This document shows positions 36,157 through 48,570 of a DNA stretch of 64,000 nt, one piece after another. The position numbers and the translations under genes are program-made. The DNA comes from Mobula hypostoma (taxonomy: Eukaryota): the NCBI RefSeq assembly GCF_963921235.1, contig NC_086097.1, positions 230,208,001 through 230,272,000 on the forward strand. The letters are read 5' to 3'. The notes below the pieces were generated by a model. The model made no database searches. It was not told where the DNA came from and saw only the letters and a list, made by a program, of their open reading frames with translations. The first letter of the stretch is position 1. Every line of letters begins with the position of its first letter.

Positions 36157-36520
36157 GAACATAGAACTATACAGCACAGTGCAGGCCCTTTGGACCGTGG
36201 TGTTGTGTCAAACTTTTAATTAAATCCAAGATCATTCTAACCCTTCTCTCCCAAATGGCCCTTTCATCCATGAATTTCAATCTAAGGGTCTCTTTAATGT
36301 CCCTAAGGTACCTGCCTCTACCACCACATCCAGCAGTGCATTCCACAAACACAGACACCACTCTTTGTGTTAAAAAAAAACTTACTTCTGACACCCCTTC
36401 CCTCCAGTTTCCTCCAAACAGCTTAAAATTATGCCCCCTCATATTTGCCAATGCCACCCTGGGAGAAAAATGTTGGCTTTCCACTCTATCTATGCCTCTT
36501 ACCATCTTACATACATCTTC
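36157..36520 (-). mobile_element. CR1 3' fragment
   Basis: ORF 36167-36505 (RGIDRV...RGHNFK...FFLTQRVV) and a TTCTATG tail. Confidence 0.78.
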
Positions 36521-36743
36521 ATTCCAATAGCTAGACTATTTTCCCAGGCAGGGAGTCCAGAACTAAAAAGTTCAGGGTAACGTGAAGGGGGAGAAATTTA
36601 AAAGAAAGGGGCAGATTTTTCACACAGAAAGAGGTCGTTATCTGAAATGATCCAGAGAAGAGGTAGAGGCAGATACAATTACAATGCTTGAAAGGCACTT
36701 ACAGAGGTTTACAGGTCTAATGTAAGAAAATGGGATTAGCAAC

Positions 36744-37260
36744 AAGGCTGATTTATATTTGTGTGTCAACTCGACGCCGTAACCTACGCAAGTGACCTAC
36801 GCACGTTGTGAGCATTTATACTTGTGCGTTAGTGTGTCTGCGTCACTTTGCAATTTGGGCACGTCATGCATGCGCACACACCTGTCCATGCAAGGCTTCA
36901 TGGTCATGGTAGTCTTTCTCGGGGTAAACAAGTTTAAAGCGAGCGTCTTTTCTCGTAAAAGTGAAATGTGTCCTCCATAGTTTCGGAGGTCTGTAAAGCT
37001 TTATGGAAAGCATTGCAGCCAGAGTTCCTTCCCTGACCTTCAGTCGGCCAATGGGAAGCTATTGCATCGTAGGAGGAAATACGATGCTACCAGGCGGACC
37101 AATCACAGTTGTTGTGGTCTGCGTTGCTGCAACGCGCAGTTATATTTTGGGAGAGGTGCACATCAGGCTACGGCGTAGGGATCCGCGTAGGCTCTGCGTA
37201 GGGTTTGTGGTGACGCTGTACCTACGGCGTCGAGTTGACGCACAAGTAGAAATCAGCCTT
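36744..37260. mobile_element. 517-bp MITE, probably PIF/Harbinger-like
   Basis: 38-bp TIRs (36744-36781 and 37223-37260, 35/38 identical by eye), CCTACG/CGTAGG subterminal repeats, non-coding and CpG-rich, inserted in a CR1 3' UTR. Confidence 0.85.
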
Positions 37261-37366
37261 TAGATGGCATCATAGCCAATAACGATGGGGGTGGGGAACT
37301 AAACGACCAGTCACTGTTCTATACAACTCTGTGATTCTATAATTCCTGGCCTCCTTCTTACACCGT

Positions 37367-37616
37367 ACTTTATCTGTGTTTCTGTAACCCCTCGTCCTTG
37401 GAAATAGTCTCCTTGAACCCTGTGGCAAGGACTTCTAAAACAAGATACAGTACACTATCTGTGACCAAACTAATGTCTTATAAAGGTTTTTGCTAATCTC
37501 TTACATGTTTGAACAAATAATTTCTTTCTCACTCTCCACCTCCTTTAAAGTTGTATCATTTAGGACATGTCACAACTATTACCTTTGAAAGCAGAACTTA
37601 CCAAGCCACTTCATGG
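37367..37616. repeat. Left arm of a diverged inverted duplication (right arm 40751-40992)
   Basis: Colinear reverse-complement match, for example CCTTGGAAATAGTCTCCTTGAACCCTGTGGCAA and CTCCTTTAAAGTTGTA. Confidence 0.85.
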
Positions 37617-37617
37617 C

Positions 37618-40607
37618 TGTTTTTGATGTGTGTGTATATAAATGACCTGGATGAAAATGTAGATAGATGGATTTGTAAGCTTGCGGATGATACTAAGATT
37701 AGGGGTGTTGTGAATAGTGTAGAAGGCTGGCAAAGGATACAGCAGAATATAGATCATTTGCAGATATGGGTGGAGAAGTAGCAGATGGAGTTTAGATTAG
37801 GTTATGAGGACACGCAGTCCTCTTTTATTGTCATTTAGTAATGCATGCATTAAGAAATGATACAACGTTTTTCTAGAATGATATCACAGAAACACATGAC
37901 AAACCGACTTAAAAACTAACAAAAACCACATAATTATAACATATAGTTACAACAGTTTAACCTGGATAAATGTGAGGTATTGCACCTTAGTAGGTCAAAT
38001 GTAAAGAGGCATACATTATTAAGGGCAAGACCCTTAACAGTGTTAATGAACAAAGGGATCTTGTGCTCCAAGTTTATACTTCTCTGAAAGTGGCCGCAAA
38101 GGGTGGTTAAGAAGGCATATGGCATGCTTGCCTTTATTAGTTGAGGCATTGAGTTCAAAAGCTAGGAGGTTATGTTGCAGCTTTATAAAACTAGTTGGAC
38201 TGCATCTGGAGTATTGCATACAATTCTGGTCACCTCATTTTAAGAAGGACGTCAAGGCTTTGGAGAGGGTGCAGAAGAGGTTCATCAGGGTGCTGCCTGG
38301 ATTAGAGGAGATGTGCTACAACAAGAGGTTGTACAAACTCGCATTGTTTTCTCTGGAGGGGAGAACTGATAAGGGTTTATAAGATTAGGAGAAGCATAGA
38401 CAGACTAGACAGACAGCATATTTTTCCCAGGGTTGACATTTATAATATCAGAGGACATGTATTTAGGGTGAGAGGGGGGTAATTTTAAAGAAGATGCCAA
38501 ATTTCAAATTGAAATTTGATGGGTAGAAAATAAAGTCTGACGTAGCAGTATTTCAGTGGAGTAAATGAAATTACAGTGGTATGAGAGGGGAGTTGGCCAA
38601 AGAAAATTGGAAGGAGATGCTGGCAGGGATGTTAACAGAGCAGAAATGGTGTGAGTTTCTGGCCAAAATGAGGAAGGTGCAGGATAGATGTATTCCAACA
38701 ACAAAGAAATAATCAAATGAGAAAAATGTACAACTGTGGCTGACTAGGGAAGTCAAAGCTAATATAAAAGCAAAAGAGAGGGCATACAACAACGTAAAAA
38801 TTAGTGTTAAAACAGAGGATTCGGAAGCCTTTAAAAACCTACAGAGAGCAACCAAAAGAATCATTAGGAGGGAAAAGATGAAATATGAAAGCAAGCTAGC
38901 AAACAATATTAGAGTGGATAGTAAGTAAGTATGTAAAAAAAAAAGAGAAATAAGAGTGGATCCAGGACCGCTAGAAAATAACGCCAGAGAAATAATACTG
39001 GGGGCCAAGGAGATGTCAGATGAACTAAATGAGTATTTTGCATCAGTCTTCACTGTGGAAAACACTAGCAGTGTGCCAGGTCTTGAAGGGTGTGAAGGAA
39101 GAGAAGTGAGTGCAGTTACTATTACGAGGGAGAAGGTGCTTAAAAAGCTGAAAGACCTTAGGGTACATAAGTCACCTGGACCAGATGAAATGCACCCTAG
39201 GGTTCTGAAAGAGGTAGCGGTAGAGATTGTAGAGGCATTAGTAATGATCTTTCAAAATTCATTGGCTACTGGTATGGTGCCAGAGGCCTGGGAAACTGCA
39301 AATGTCACTCCACTCTTTAAGAAAGGAGGAAGGCAGCAGAAAGGAAATTATAGACCAGTTAAACTTTTTATGCTGTATATCAATGATTTAGATGATGGAA
39401 TAGATGGCTTTGATGCCAAACTTGTAGATGATATGAAGATTGGTGGATGGGCAGGTAGTGTTGAGGAAACGGGTAGGCTGCAGAAAGACTTAGACAAATT
39501 AGGACAACAGGTAAGAAACTGGCAAATGAAATACAATGTTGGAAAATGCATGGACATGCACTTTGGCAGAAGAAATAAATGTGCAGACTATTTTCTAAAT
39601 AGTGAGAAAATCCAAAACTCTGAAATGCAAAGGGAATTGGGAGTCCTTGTGTAGAACACCCTAGAATTTAACTTGCAGGTGGAGTGGGTGGTGAGGAAGG
39701 CAAATGCAATGTTAGCATTCATTTCAAGAGGTCTAGAATACAAGAGCAGAGGCTTTATAAGGCACTGGTGAGGCCTCACGTTGAGTATTGTGAACAGTTT
39801 TAGGCTCCTCATTCCTCATCTAAGAAAAGATGCGCTGGCATTGGAGAGGGTTCAGAGGAGGTTCTCAAGGATGATTCCTGGAATGAAAGGGTTATCATAC
39901 AAGGGATATTTGATAGGTCTGGGTCTGTACTCGCCGGAATTCAGAAGGATGAGGGGGTTCTCGATGAAACCTTTCAAGTGTTGAAAGACCTAGACAATGT
40001 TGATGTGGAAAGCATGTTTCCCATGGTGGGGGAGTCTAGGACAAGAGGGCACAGCCTCAAGATAGAGGGCCCTCCATTTAAGACAGCGATGCGGTGAAAT
40101 TTCTTTAGCCAGAGAGTGGTGACTTTGTGGAATTTGTTACCACAGGCAGCTATGGAGGCCAGGTCACTGGGTGTATTTAAGGCAGAACTTGATAGGTTCT
40201 TGATTGGAAATGGCATCAAAGGTTACAGGGAGAAGGCCAGGAAGTGGGGCTGAGGAGAGGAAAAGAAAGGATCAGCCATGATTAAATGGCGGAGCAGACT
40301 CGATTGGCTAAATGGCCTAATTCTACTCCTATGTCTTATGGTCTTATGGAGATGTGAGGGGCAAGTATTTTTGCACAGAGAACTGTGGGTGCCTGGAATG
40401 CACGGCCTGGGGTGGTGGTAGAGGCAGATACATTAGAGACTTCTAAGAGACATTTAGATAGGCACATGAATGTGAGGAAAATGGGAGGATATGGACATTG
40501 TGTAGGTAGAAGTGATTAGTTAGCCATTTTATTACTAATTTAATTGACTTGGCACCACATTGTGAGCTGAAGGGCCTGTTCCTGTGCTTATCTGCTCTAT
40601 GTTCTGT
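37618..40607 (+). mobile_element. Nested CR1 cluster (host CR1 with a second CR1 at about 38500-40330 and a short minus-strand LINE tail at 37795-37953)
   Basis: KLADDTKI, ORF 38956-39654 (KSPGPDEMHPRVLKE), two CR1 tails, and AGTTTA duplicated at 37789-37794 and 37954-37959. Confidence 0.82.
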
Positions 40608-40750
40608 GCATCCTTGGCCACCCAAGACCTAGGCTCCATGGTTCCTTCAACAGACCTCTCCACATCTTTCCACTTTTAAAACACTCTGTAAAACATCTAC
40701 CTTTATGACTAACATGTTGGTCATTTATTCTAATTTAATTGAAAATGATC

Positions 40751-40992
40751 CCATGCAGTACCTTGGTAAAATCCTACTTTCAAATGTAATATTTGTGATG
40801 TGTCATAAATTGTACAACTTTAAAGGAGATGGAGGAGTGAGAAAGAGATTATTTGTTCACAGATGTTAAGAGACCTTTATAAAACACTAGTTTGTTCATA
40901 GATGGAGTACTGCACCTTGTTTTAGAAGTCTTTGCCACAGGGTTCAAGGAGACTATTTCCAAGGATAAGGGGTTGCAGAAACAGGAATAAGT
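40751..40992. repeat. Right arm of the diverged inverted duplication
   Basis: TTGCCACAGGGTTCAAGGAGACTATTTCCAAGG and flanking sequence; reverse complement of 37367-37616. Confidence 0.85.
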
Positions 40993-41127
40993 GATAGCTT
41001 TAAATGTGTTTCATGCAAGCAGAAAAAGCTTGGGGGTAGTATGACAGAAATACTTAAAATTGTGTATAATACAGACTTGTAAGTACAGAGAAGATGGTTC
41101 AAATAATAGAAACACCAGTTTCCAAAT

Positions 41128-41330
41128 GACAAACAGGAAAAAATGTGCAGATGCTGGAAATCCAAGTAACGCACACAAAAGGAGGAACTCAGCAGGCCAG
41201 GCAGCATCTATGGAAAAAAACTACAGTCTTTGACTTGAAATATTAAACACTTTTTCTTTTTACTGACTGATCCGCTGACTGTTTCTAGCATTTTCTGTTT
41301 TAGTTTCAGATTTCCAACATCCAGAGTATT
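41128..41330. mobile_element. Two short Penelope-type 3' tails in opposite orientation
   Basis: Minus-strand ATAGATGCTGCCTGGCCTGCTGAGTTCC...TTTCCAGCATCTGCA, followed by a decayed plus-strand GCTGACTGTTTCTAGCATTTTC...TTTCCAACATC. Confidence 0.6.
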
Positions 41331-41380
41331 TTTTTTTTTAATTTTTCATCTATCTGTATTGCTGTTTAGACCTCTGAGTA

Positions 41381-41450
41381 CAGTCCTGTGCAAAAGTCTT
41401 TACCCAAACTGTATATGTAGCTAGGGTGCCTAAGACTTTTGCAAAGTGTT
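41381..41450. mobile_element. About 70-bp Tc1/mariner-type mini-MITE
   Basis: TA|CAGTCCTGTGCAAAAGTCTT ... AAGACTTTTGCAAAGTGT|TA imperfect TIRs with TA flanks. Confidence 0.6.
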
Positions 41451-42734
41451 ATATTTGTCAATGTGGAGCCGGGAGTGAGCTTGTCATCACTCACATGTGT
41501 CATGAAATTTGATTTTTTTGTGGAAACACTATTGTATATGTGCCTAAGTCATCAAGCAATCTCTCACAAATAGCTCTGTAACAATGACAATATACTTTAT
41601 TTTGGTGATGCAGTTAGAGGAATACACAATTTCTTTATTTTTTCTTCTCAGTTTAAATAGACGTGAGAACACTCTTGGTTTTAAGGTCTCATGTGAAAGA
41701 TGACAAAACATTGTAATGTACTCAGTATTGATCTAGATTGATCAAGTGTGTCGGGCTAGTATTATGTACTCATACTCTGTATGGAACTTCATCCCAGAAT
41801 CTTATGATTTGAGAAAATGTGTTATGAACTGAGCCATTGCTGACCTATTCCATTACAAGAATTGGAATTTACTGACCATTTACTCCACGTTTTCTGCCAG
41901 ATGTTCATGAACATTTCTGGCATCAGTTCTGGTATCTTCTATATTGGCCAGCTGACAGGCAACAATAAGGTTTGTGGGTGGGGGGGGGTGGAAATTACTG
42001 CCATTACCCAAGGTGGCACTTTAGCAAATTATTCTAATTTATTATGGAAGTATTAGAACTACAACGTAGGACAGTACAGCACAGTACAGGTCCTTTGTCC
42101 CACAATGTCGTACCAACCAATATAAACCTATTCCATGATCAATTAAACATAGCATATAATCCTCCATTTTTCTTACATCCATATCTATCTAAGAGCCTGT
42201 TAAATCTCCCTGCTGTATTTGCCTCTATCACCACTCCCAGTAGTGTGCCCAGGCGCCTACCACTCTCTATGTGAAAAACCTACCTCTGATATCCGCTCCA
42301 CTGACTTTACATGTATGTCCACTGGTATTGGCAGAGTGTTGTGATATCCTCAAAGCCCCCTGGAACACCTACTGCTCACCTTGTAAGTGATACACTGTTT
42401 CGTTCTCAGAAATGCAACACTACACATTTGTCTGCATTCAATTCCATCTGCCATTTTTCAGCTCATTTTCTCAGAGGGTTGAGATCCAGCTGCAAGCTTT
42501 GATAGTTTTCCTTACTCTTCACTGCACCCCAATTGTGTTGTCAGCTGCAAATCTGCTGATTCAATTTATCACATTATTGTCCAAATGACAAACAGCAATA
42601 GTTCCCTGCAGCATACCATTAGCCACAGGCCTTTAGTCAGAGAGGTAACCTTCTATGGGTTCTACCGTGGTCGATGTTTAATCCAAGTTACTACCTCATC
42701 TTGAATCAGAATCAGAATCAGATTTAATCACCAT

Positions 42735-44365
42735 CCTAAGACCGTAAGCCCATAAGATATAGGAGCAGAATTAGGCCATTTGGCCCGTCGAGCCTGTTCC
42801 ACCATTTTGTCATGGCTGATCCAATTTTCCTCTCAGCCCCAATCTCTTGCCTTTTCCCTGTATCCCTTCATGCCCTGACCAATCAAAAATCTATCAACTT
42901 CTCCTTAAATATACATAAAGACTTCTCCACAGCTGCCTGTGGCAAAGCATTCCACAGATTCACCACCCCCTGGCTAAAGAAACTCCTCCTCATCTCTGTT
43001 CTAAAAGGACACCCCTCTATTCTGAGGCTGTGTTCGCTGGTCTTAGACTCACCCACCATAGGAAATATTCTCTCCACATCCACTCTATCAAGGTCTTTCA
43101 CCATTTGATATGTTTTAATGAGATCCCCTCCCCCCATTCTTCTGAATAGGGAACACAGGCCCAGAGCCATCAGATGCTCCTCATATGACAAGCCATTCAA
43201 TCCTGGAATCATTTTTGTGAAACTTCTTTGAACCCTCCGGTTTCAGCTCATCTTTTCTAAGATAGGAGGCCCAAACCTGCTCACAATACTGCAAGTGAGG
43301 CCTCAACAGTTCTTTATGTTGAGTCTTTATAAAGTCTCAACATTACATGCTTGTCTTAATATTCTAGTCCTCTTGAAATTAATGCTAACATTGCATTTGC
43401 CTTCCTCACCACAGACTCAATCTGCAAATTAACTTTTAGGGAATCCTGCACAAGGATTTTTCATCCTAGATTTTTGTATTTTCTCTCCATTTAGAAAATA
43501 GTCGACCCTTTCATTTCTTCTACCAAAGTGGATGACCAAACACTTTCCAACACTGTATTCATCTGCCATTTCTTTGCCCATTCTCCTAATCTGTCTAAAT
43601 CCTTCTGCAGCCTCTCTACTTCCTCAAAGCTACCTTCCCCTCCACCTATCTTCATATTGTTTGCAAACTTTGCAACAAAGCCATCAATTCCATCATCTGA
43701 ATCACTGACATATAACATAAAAGAATAAGTCCCAACACTGACTCCTGTAGACACCACTAGTCACCAGCATCCAGTCAGAAAAGGCTCCCTTTATTCCCAC
43801 TCTTTGCTTCCTGCCAATCAGGCTCTGTTTTATCCATGCTGGAATCTTTCCTGTAATACCATGAGCTTGTAGCTTGTTAAGCAGCCTTATGTTTGGCACC
43901 TTGCCAAAGATCTTCTGAAAATTCAAATACACAACATTAATCGATTCTCCTTTGTCTATACCGGTTGTTACTTCTTAAAGAATTCCAACAGATTTATCAA
44001 GAAAGATTTTCCCTTGAGGAAACTATGCTGAGCATGGCCTATTTTATCATGTGCCCCCAAGAACCCTGATATATCGTCCTTATTAACCGACTCCAACATC
44101 TTCTCAACTACTGAGGTCAGACTAACTGGCCTGTAGTTTCCTTCCTTCTGCCTCTCTCCCTTCTTGAGTGGAGGGACATTTGCAATTTTCCAGTCTTCCA
44201 GAACCATTCCAGAATCTAGTGATTCTTGAAAGATCATTGCTAACGCCTCCACGATCCCTTCAGCCACAATCTTCAAGAACTCTGAGGTGTACACCATCTG
44301 GTCCTGGTGACTTAGCTACCTTCAGACCTTTCAGTTTCCAAAGAACCTTTCTCTAGTTATGGTAA
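42735..44365 (-). mobile_element. Degenerate CR1 ORF2 plus tail
   Basis: ORFs 43968-44297, 43491-43757 and 42883-43212 are CR1 RT/C-terminal pieces. (CTTATGG)n tail. Confidence 0.85.
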
Positions 44366-44369
44366 TTTC

Positions 44370-46240
44370 TGGTTCTGGTATATGTCGTGAAATGAATTAA
44401 CTTTACAGCAGCTGTACAACGAATTACTTGATAAACAAAAATGGAGAAAAATGAGTTACATTAAGTATATATATATATCTCAATTTATATAATAGTTACG
44501 TTGAAATAAGTAGTGCAAAATAACAGAATTTTAAAAAGTAGTGAGATAGTGTCCATGGGTTCAATGTCCATTTAGAAATTGGATGGCAGAGGGGAAGAAG
44601 CTGTTCCTGAATTGGAGTGTGTGCCTTCAGGCTTCCGTACTTCCTTCCCAATGGTAACAGTGAGAAGAGGGCATGTCCTTGGGGATCTTTAATGATGGAT
44701 GATGCTTTCCTAAGGCACCACTCCTTGAAGACGGCTTGGATACTTCGGAGGCTGGTACCCATGATAGAGCTGACTTATTTTACAGGTATCTGCAACTTAT
44801 TTTGATCTTGTGTAGTAGCACACCTCCCCCCACCCCCATACCAGACAGTGGTGCAGCCAGTTACAATGCTCTCCATGGTATGTTTGTATAAGTTTTCAAG
44901 CATTTTAGTTGTCAAATCAAATCTCCTCTGGCTCCTAATGAAACATAGCTGCTGTCTTGCCTTTATAGCTGCATCGATATGTTGGGACCAGGTGAGGTCC
45001 TCAGAGATACTGGCATCCAGGTACTTGAAGTTGCTCGCTTCTGATCCCTCCACGAGGATTGTTTTGTGTTCCCACGTCTTACCCTTTCTGAAGTCTGCAA
45101 TCAGCTCTTTGGTCTTGCTGATGTTGGGTGCAATGTTGTTGCTGTGATACCACTCAACTAACTGGTTTATCTCATTCCTGTATGCACTTTTGTCACCGTC
45201 TGAAATTCTGCCAACAATGGTTGTATCACCAGTGAATTTAGAGATGCTGTTTGAGATATGCCTAGCCACACAGTCATGGGTATAGAGAGAGCAGAGCAGT
45301 GGGCTAAGCACACATCCCTGTGGAGCGCCAATGATAATTGTCAGCGAAGTGGAGATATTATTTCCAATCTGCACACATTGTGGTCTTCCATTTAGGAAGT
45401 GAATGATCCAGTTGCAGAGGCCTAGGTTCATTAGCTTTTCAATCAGGACTGTAAACAAATATAGTCAATAAATAGCACCCTGACACAGGTATTTGCATTG
45501 TCCATGTGATCCAAGGCTACGTGGAGAACCAATGAGATCGCGTTTGCCGTAGTCCTATTGTGGTGACAGACAAATTGCAGTGGGTCCAGGTCCTTCCTGA
45601 GACTGGTGTTGATTCTAGCCATGACCAACCTCTCAAAGTATTTCATCACCATAGATGTGAGCACTACTGGACAATAGTCGCTGAGGCAGCTCACACTGCT
45701 CTTCTTGGGCACTGGTATAATTGTTGCCCTTTTGAAGCAGGTGGGAACTTCTGACTGTAGCAGTGAGAAATTGAAAATGTCTTTGAATATTCCCACTAGT
45801 TGGTTGGCACAGGTTTTCAGTACCTTAGAAAGACAGCCTGATGTCAGCATCTAAGACAGAGATCATAGGGTCATCGAATGCTGCAGGGATCCTCATGGCT
45901 GTGGTTTTATTCTCCCTTTCAAGGTGAGCATAAAAGGCATAGAACTCATCTGGTAGTGAAGCATCACTGCAATTCATGATGTTGGGTTTTGCTTTGTAGG
46001 AAGTGATGGCCTGCAAACCCTGACAGAGTTGACATACATCCAACGTTGCCTCCAACCTCTCCCGGAGTTGCTTGTACAGACCTGGATCACCAGACTTAAA
46101 TGCCACAGACAGAGCCCTCAGCAGACCTCGAGCCTCCTGGTTCATCCATGGCTTTTGGTTTGGGAATGTACAATAAGTTTCCATAGGCACACACTCATCC
46201 GCACAGGTATTGATAAAGTCAGGGATAATTGTGGCACACT
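44370..46240 (-). mobile_element. Rex1/Babar LINE, disrupted
   Basis: ORFs 45825-46190, 45443-45850 and 44775-45458 ([37 protein letters not shown]). Confidence 0.87.
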
Positions 46241-46249
46241 CATCCAGTC

Positions 46250-48570
46250 AAGCAACTGAGCCTTCTTGACAAACCTCTCATGCTGGACCATCAAATGTCC
46301 TGCTAAAGTCCATGTAGACAACATACACTGCCTTGTCTTCATCAACTTTCTTGGCAACTTCCTCAAAAAACTCTGTAAGATTGGTTACACATGTCTAATC
46401 TGTCTCTGTCTATCCAAGTACTTATATACCTGGTCCCATACCTTCCAATAACTCACCCACTACTGATGTCAGAATCACCTTTCTATAATTTCCTGGTTTG
46501 TTTTTAGAACCTTTCTTAAACAGTGGAACAACATTAGCTATCCTCCAATAGTCTGGCATCTCACCCATGGCCAAGAATGTTTCAAGTATCTCTGGTAAGG
46601 CCCCTGCAATTTCTGCGCTAGCCTCCCACACAGTCTGAGGGAACGACTTATCAGGCCCTTGGGATTTAGCCATACAAATTTGCCTCAAGACAGCAAACAT
46701 CTCCTCCTCTGTAATCTGCATACGCTTTATGACCTCAAAGCCTCTTTGCCTTACTTCCATCTTCCGAGTAAATACAGATGCAAAAGATCTATTTAAGCTC
46801 TCCTCCATCTCTTTTGGCTCCATGCATAGATTGACCCCTCTAATCTTTCAAAGGATCAATTTTGTCCCTTGCTATCCTTTTGCTCTTAAGATATCTATAG
46901 AAGCCCTTGTGATCCTCCTTCACCTTGTCTGCTAGAGCAACCTCATGCCTTCCCTCAGCTCTTCTGATTTCCTTCTTAAGTGTTCTCTTGCATTTCTCAT
47001 TTTTGTCAAGCACCTTAATTGCTCCTTCCTGCTATGCACCTCTTTCTTTTTCTTAACCAGAGCCTCAATATCTCTCAAAAACTAAGGTTCCCTAAACCTG
47101 TTATCCTTGCCTTTTATTCTGTTAGGAACATACAAACTCTGTACTCTCAAAATTTCTCTTCTGAAGGTACCAAGTACATCTTTACCAGAAAACAACCTAT
47201 CCGAATCCACACTAGCTAGATCCTTTCTAATACCATCAAAATTGGCCTTTCTCCAATATAGGATCTCAATCTGAGGACCAGACCTATCCTTATCCATAAT
47301 TATCTTGAAACTAATGGCACTGTGATCACTATATGCAAAGTATTGCCTTAAACAAAATAGGAGATTTAGTATTGCACTCTCATCTAGTTGGAACCTCTAT
47401 GTACAGATGAAGGAAACTTTCCTGAACATATTTGACAAACTTTATCCTATCCAGCCCTTTTACATTATGGGAGTCCCAGTCAATATATGGAAATTAAAAT
47501 CACTTATTATCACTTATTTCTTGGGCACGTGGCCAAGTGGTTAAGGCGTCCGTCTAGTGATCTGAAGGTTGCTAGTTCGAGCCTCAGCTGTGGCAGCGTG
47601 TTTGTGTCCTTGAGCAAGGCACTTAACCACACATTGCTCCAGTGTTTGTGCGAGGAGTGGGCACCCCACACAGACTTCCAATCTGCGCCTTGTAAGGCAT
47701 GAAAATGCCTGACGCAGGCCTCTCATGGTCTGAGTCGACGTTCCCTCCCTCCCATTATCACAACCTTTTGTTTCTTGAAATAATCTGCAATCTCTCTACA
47801 AATTTGCCCCTCTAAATCCCGCGGACTGTTGGGTGGTCCATTAATGTGATCGTATCTTTCTGATTCCTCATTTCCACCCATGCAGCCTCAGTACAGGAGC
47901 TCTCCAGTCTGTCCTGACTGAGCACTGCTGTGATATTTTCCCTGACTAGTAACACTACTGCTCCCCCTTAATCTCTCCTGCTCTATCACATCTATAACAA
48001 CATTGAACATTGTTGTGCCAGTCCTGACCCTCCTGCAACTAAGTCTCATTAATGGCTACAATATGATAATTGCATGTGATGATCCATGCCCTAAGCTCAT
48101 CAGCCTTTCTTACCATACTCCTTGCATTGAAATACACTCATCTCAGAACATTACTCCCACCGTGCGCGACCTTTTAATCCCAGACCCTGTATGTAGGCTT
48201 AACATCTTTCCCTGCAACTACTCCACTATCTGCTTTGGTGCTCTAGTTCCTGTCCCCCTGCAACTCTCATTTAAACCCTCCCATCAAGCGCTAGCAAACC
48301 TTCCTGCAAGGATACTGGTCCCCTTCCAGTTAAGAGGCAAACTGTCGCTTCTGTACAGTCCAAAGATCCAAAAATCTGAAGCCCTCCCTCCTATACCATC
48401 TCCTTAGCCACATGTTGGACTATGATCTTCCTATTTCTGGTCTCACATACACATGGCATGGGCAGCAATCCTGAGATCACAACCCTGGAGATCTTGTCCT
48501 TCAACTCTGCACCTAACTCCCTGAACTCACTTTGCAGGATCTTGTCGCCCCTCCTATCCATATCAATCGG
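46250..48570 (-). mobile_element. Degenerate CR1 including ORF1 (esterase-like), endonuclease and RT-N
   Basis: RVVISGLLPMP (ORF 48391-48639), WRKANFDGIR, KSQGPD, NVVPLFKKGSK. Confidence 0.82.
47514..47753 (+). mobile_element. tRNA-derived CORE-type SINE
   Basis: A-box TGGCCAAGTGG, B-box AGTTCGAGCC, CORE-like GTGTCCTTGAGCAAGGCACTTAAC, (CTCC)n tail, 8-bp TSD ATTATCAC at 47506-47513 and 47754-47761. Confidence 0.85.

Noticed and set aside
47523..47595. tRNA gene
   Set aside because: A and B boxes are present but the sequence runs into a CORE domain and tail with a TSD, so it is a SINE head.
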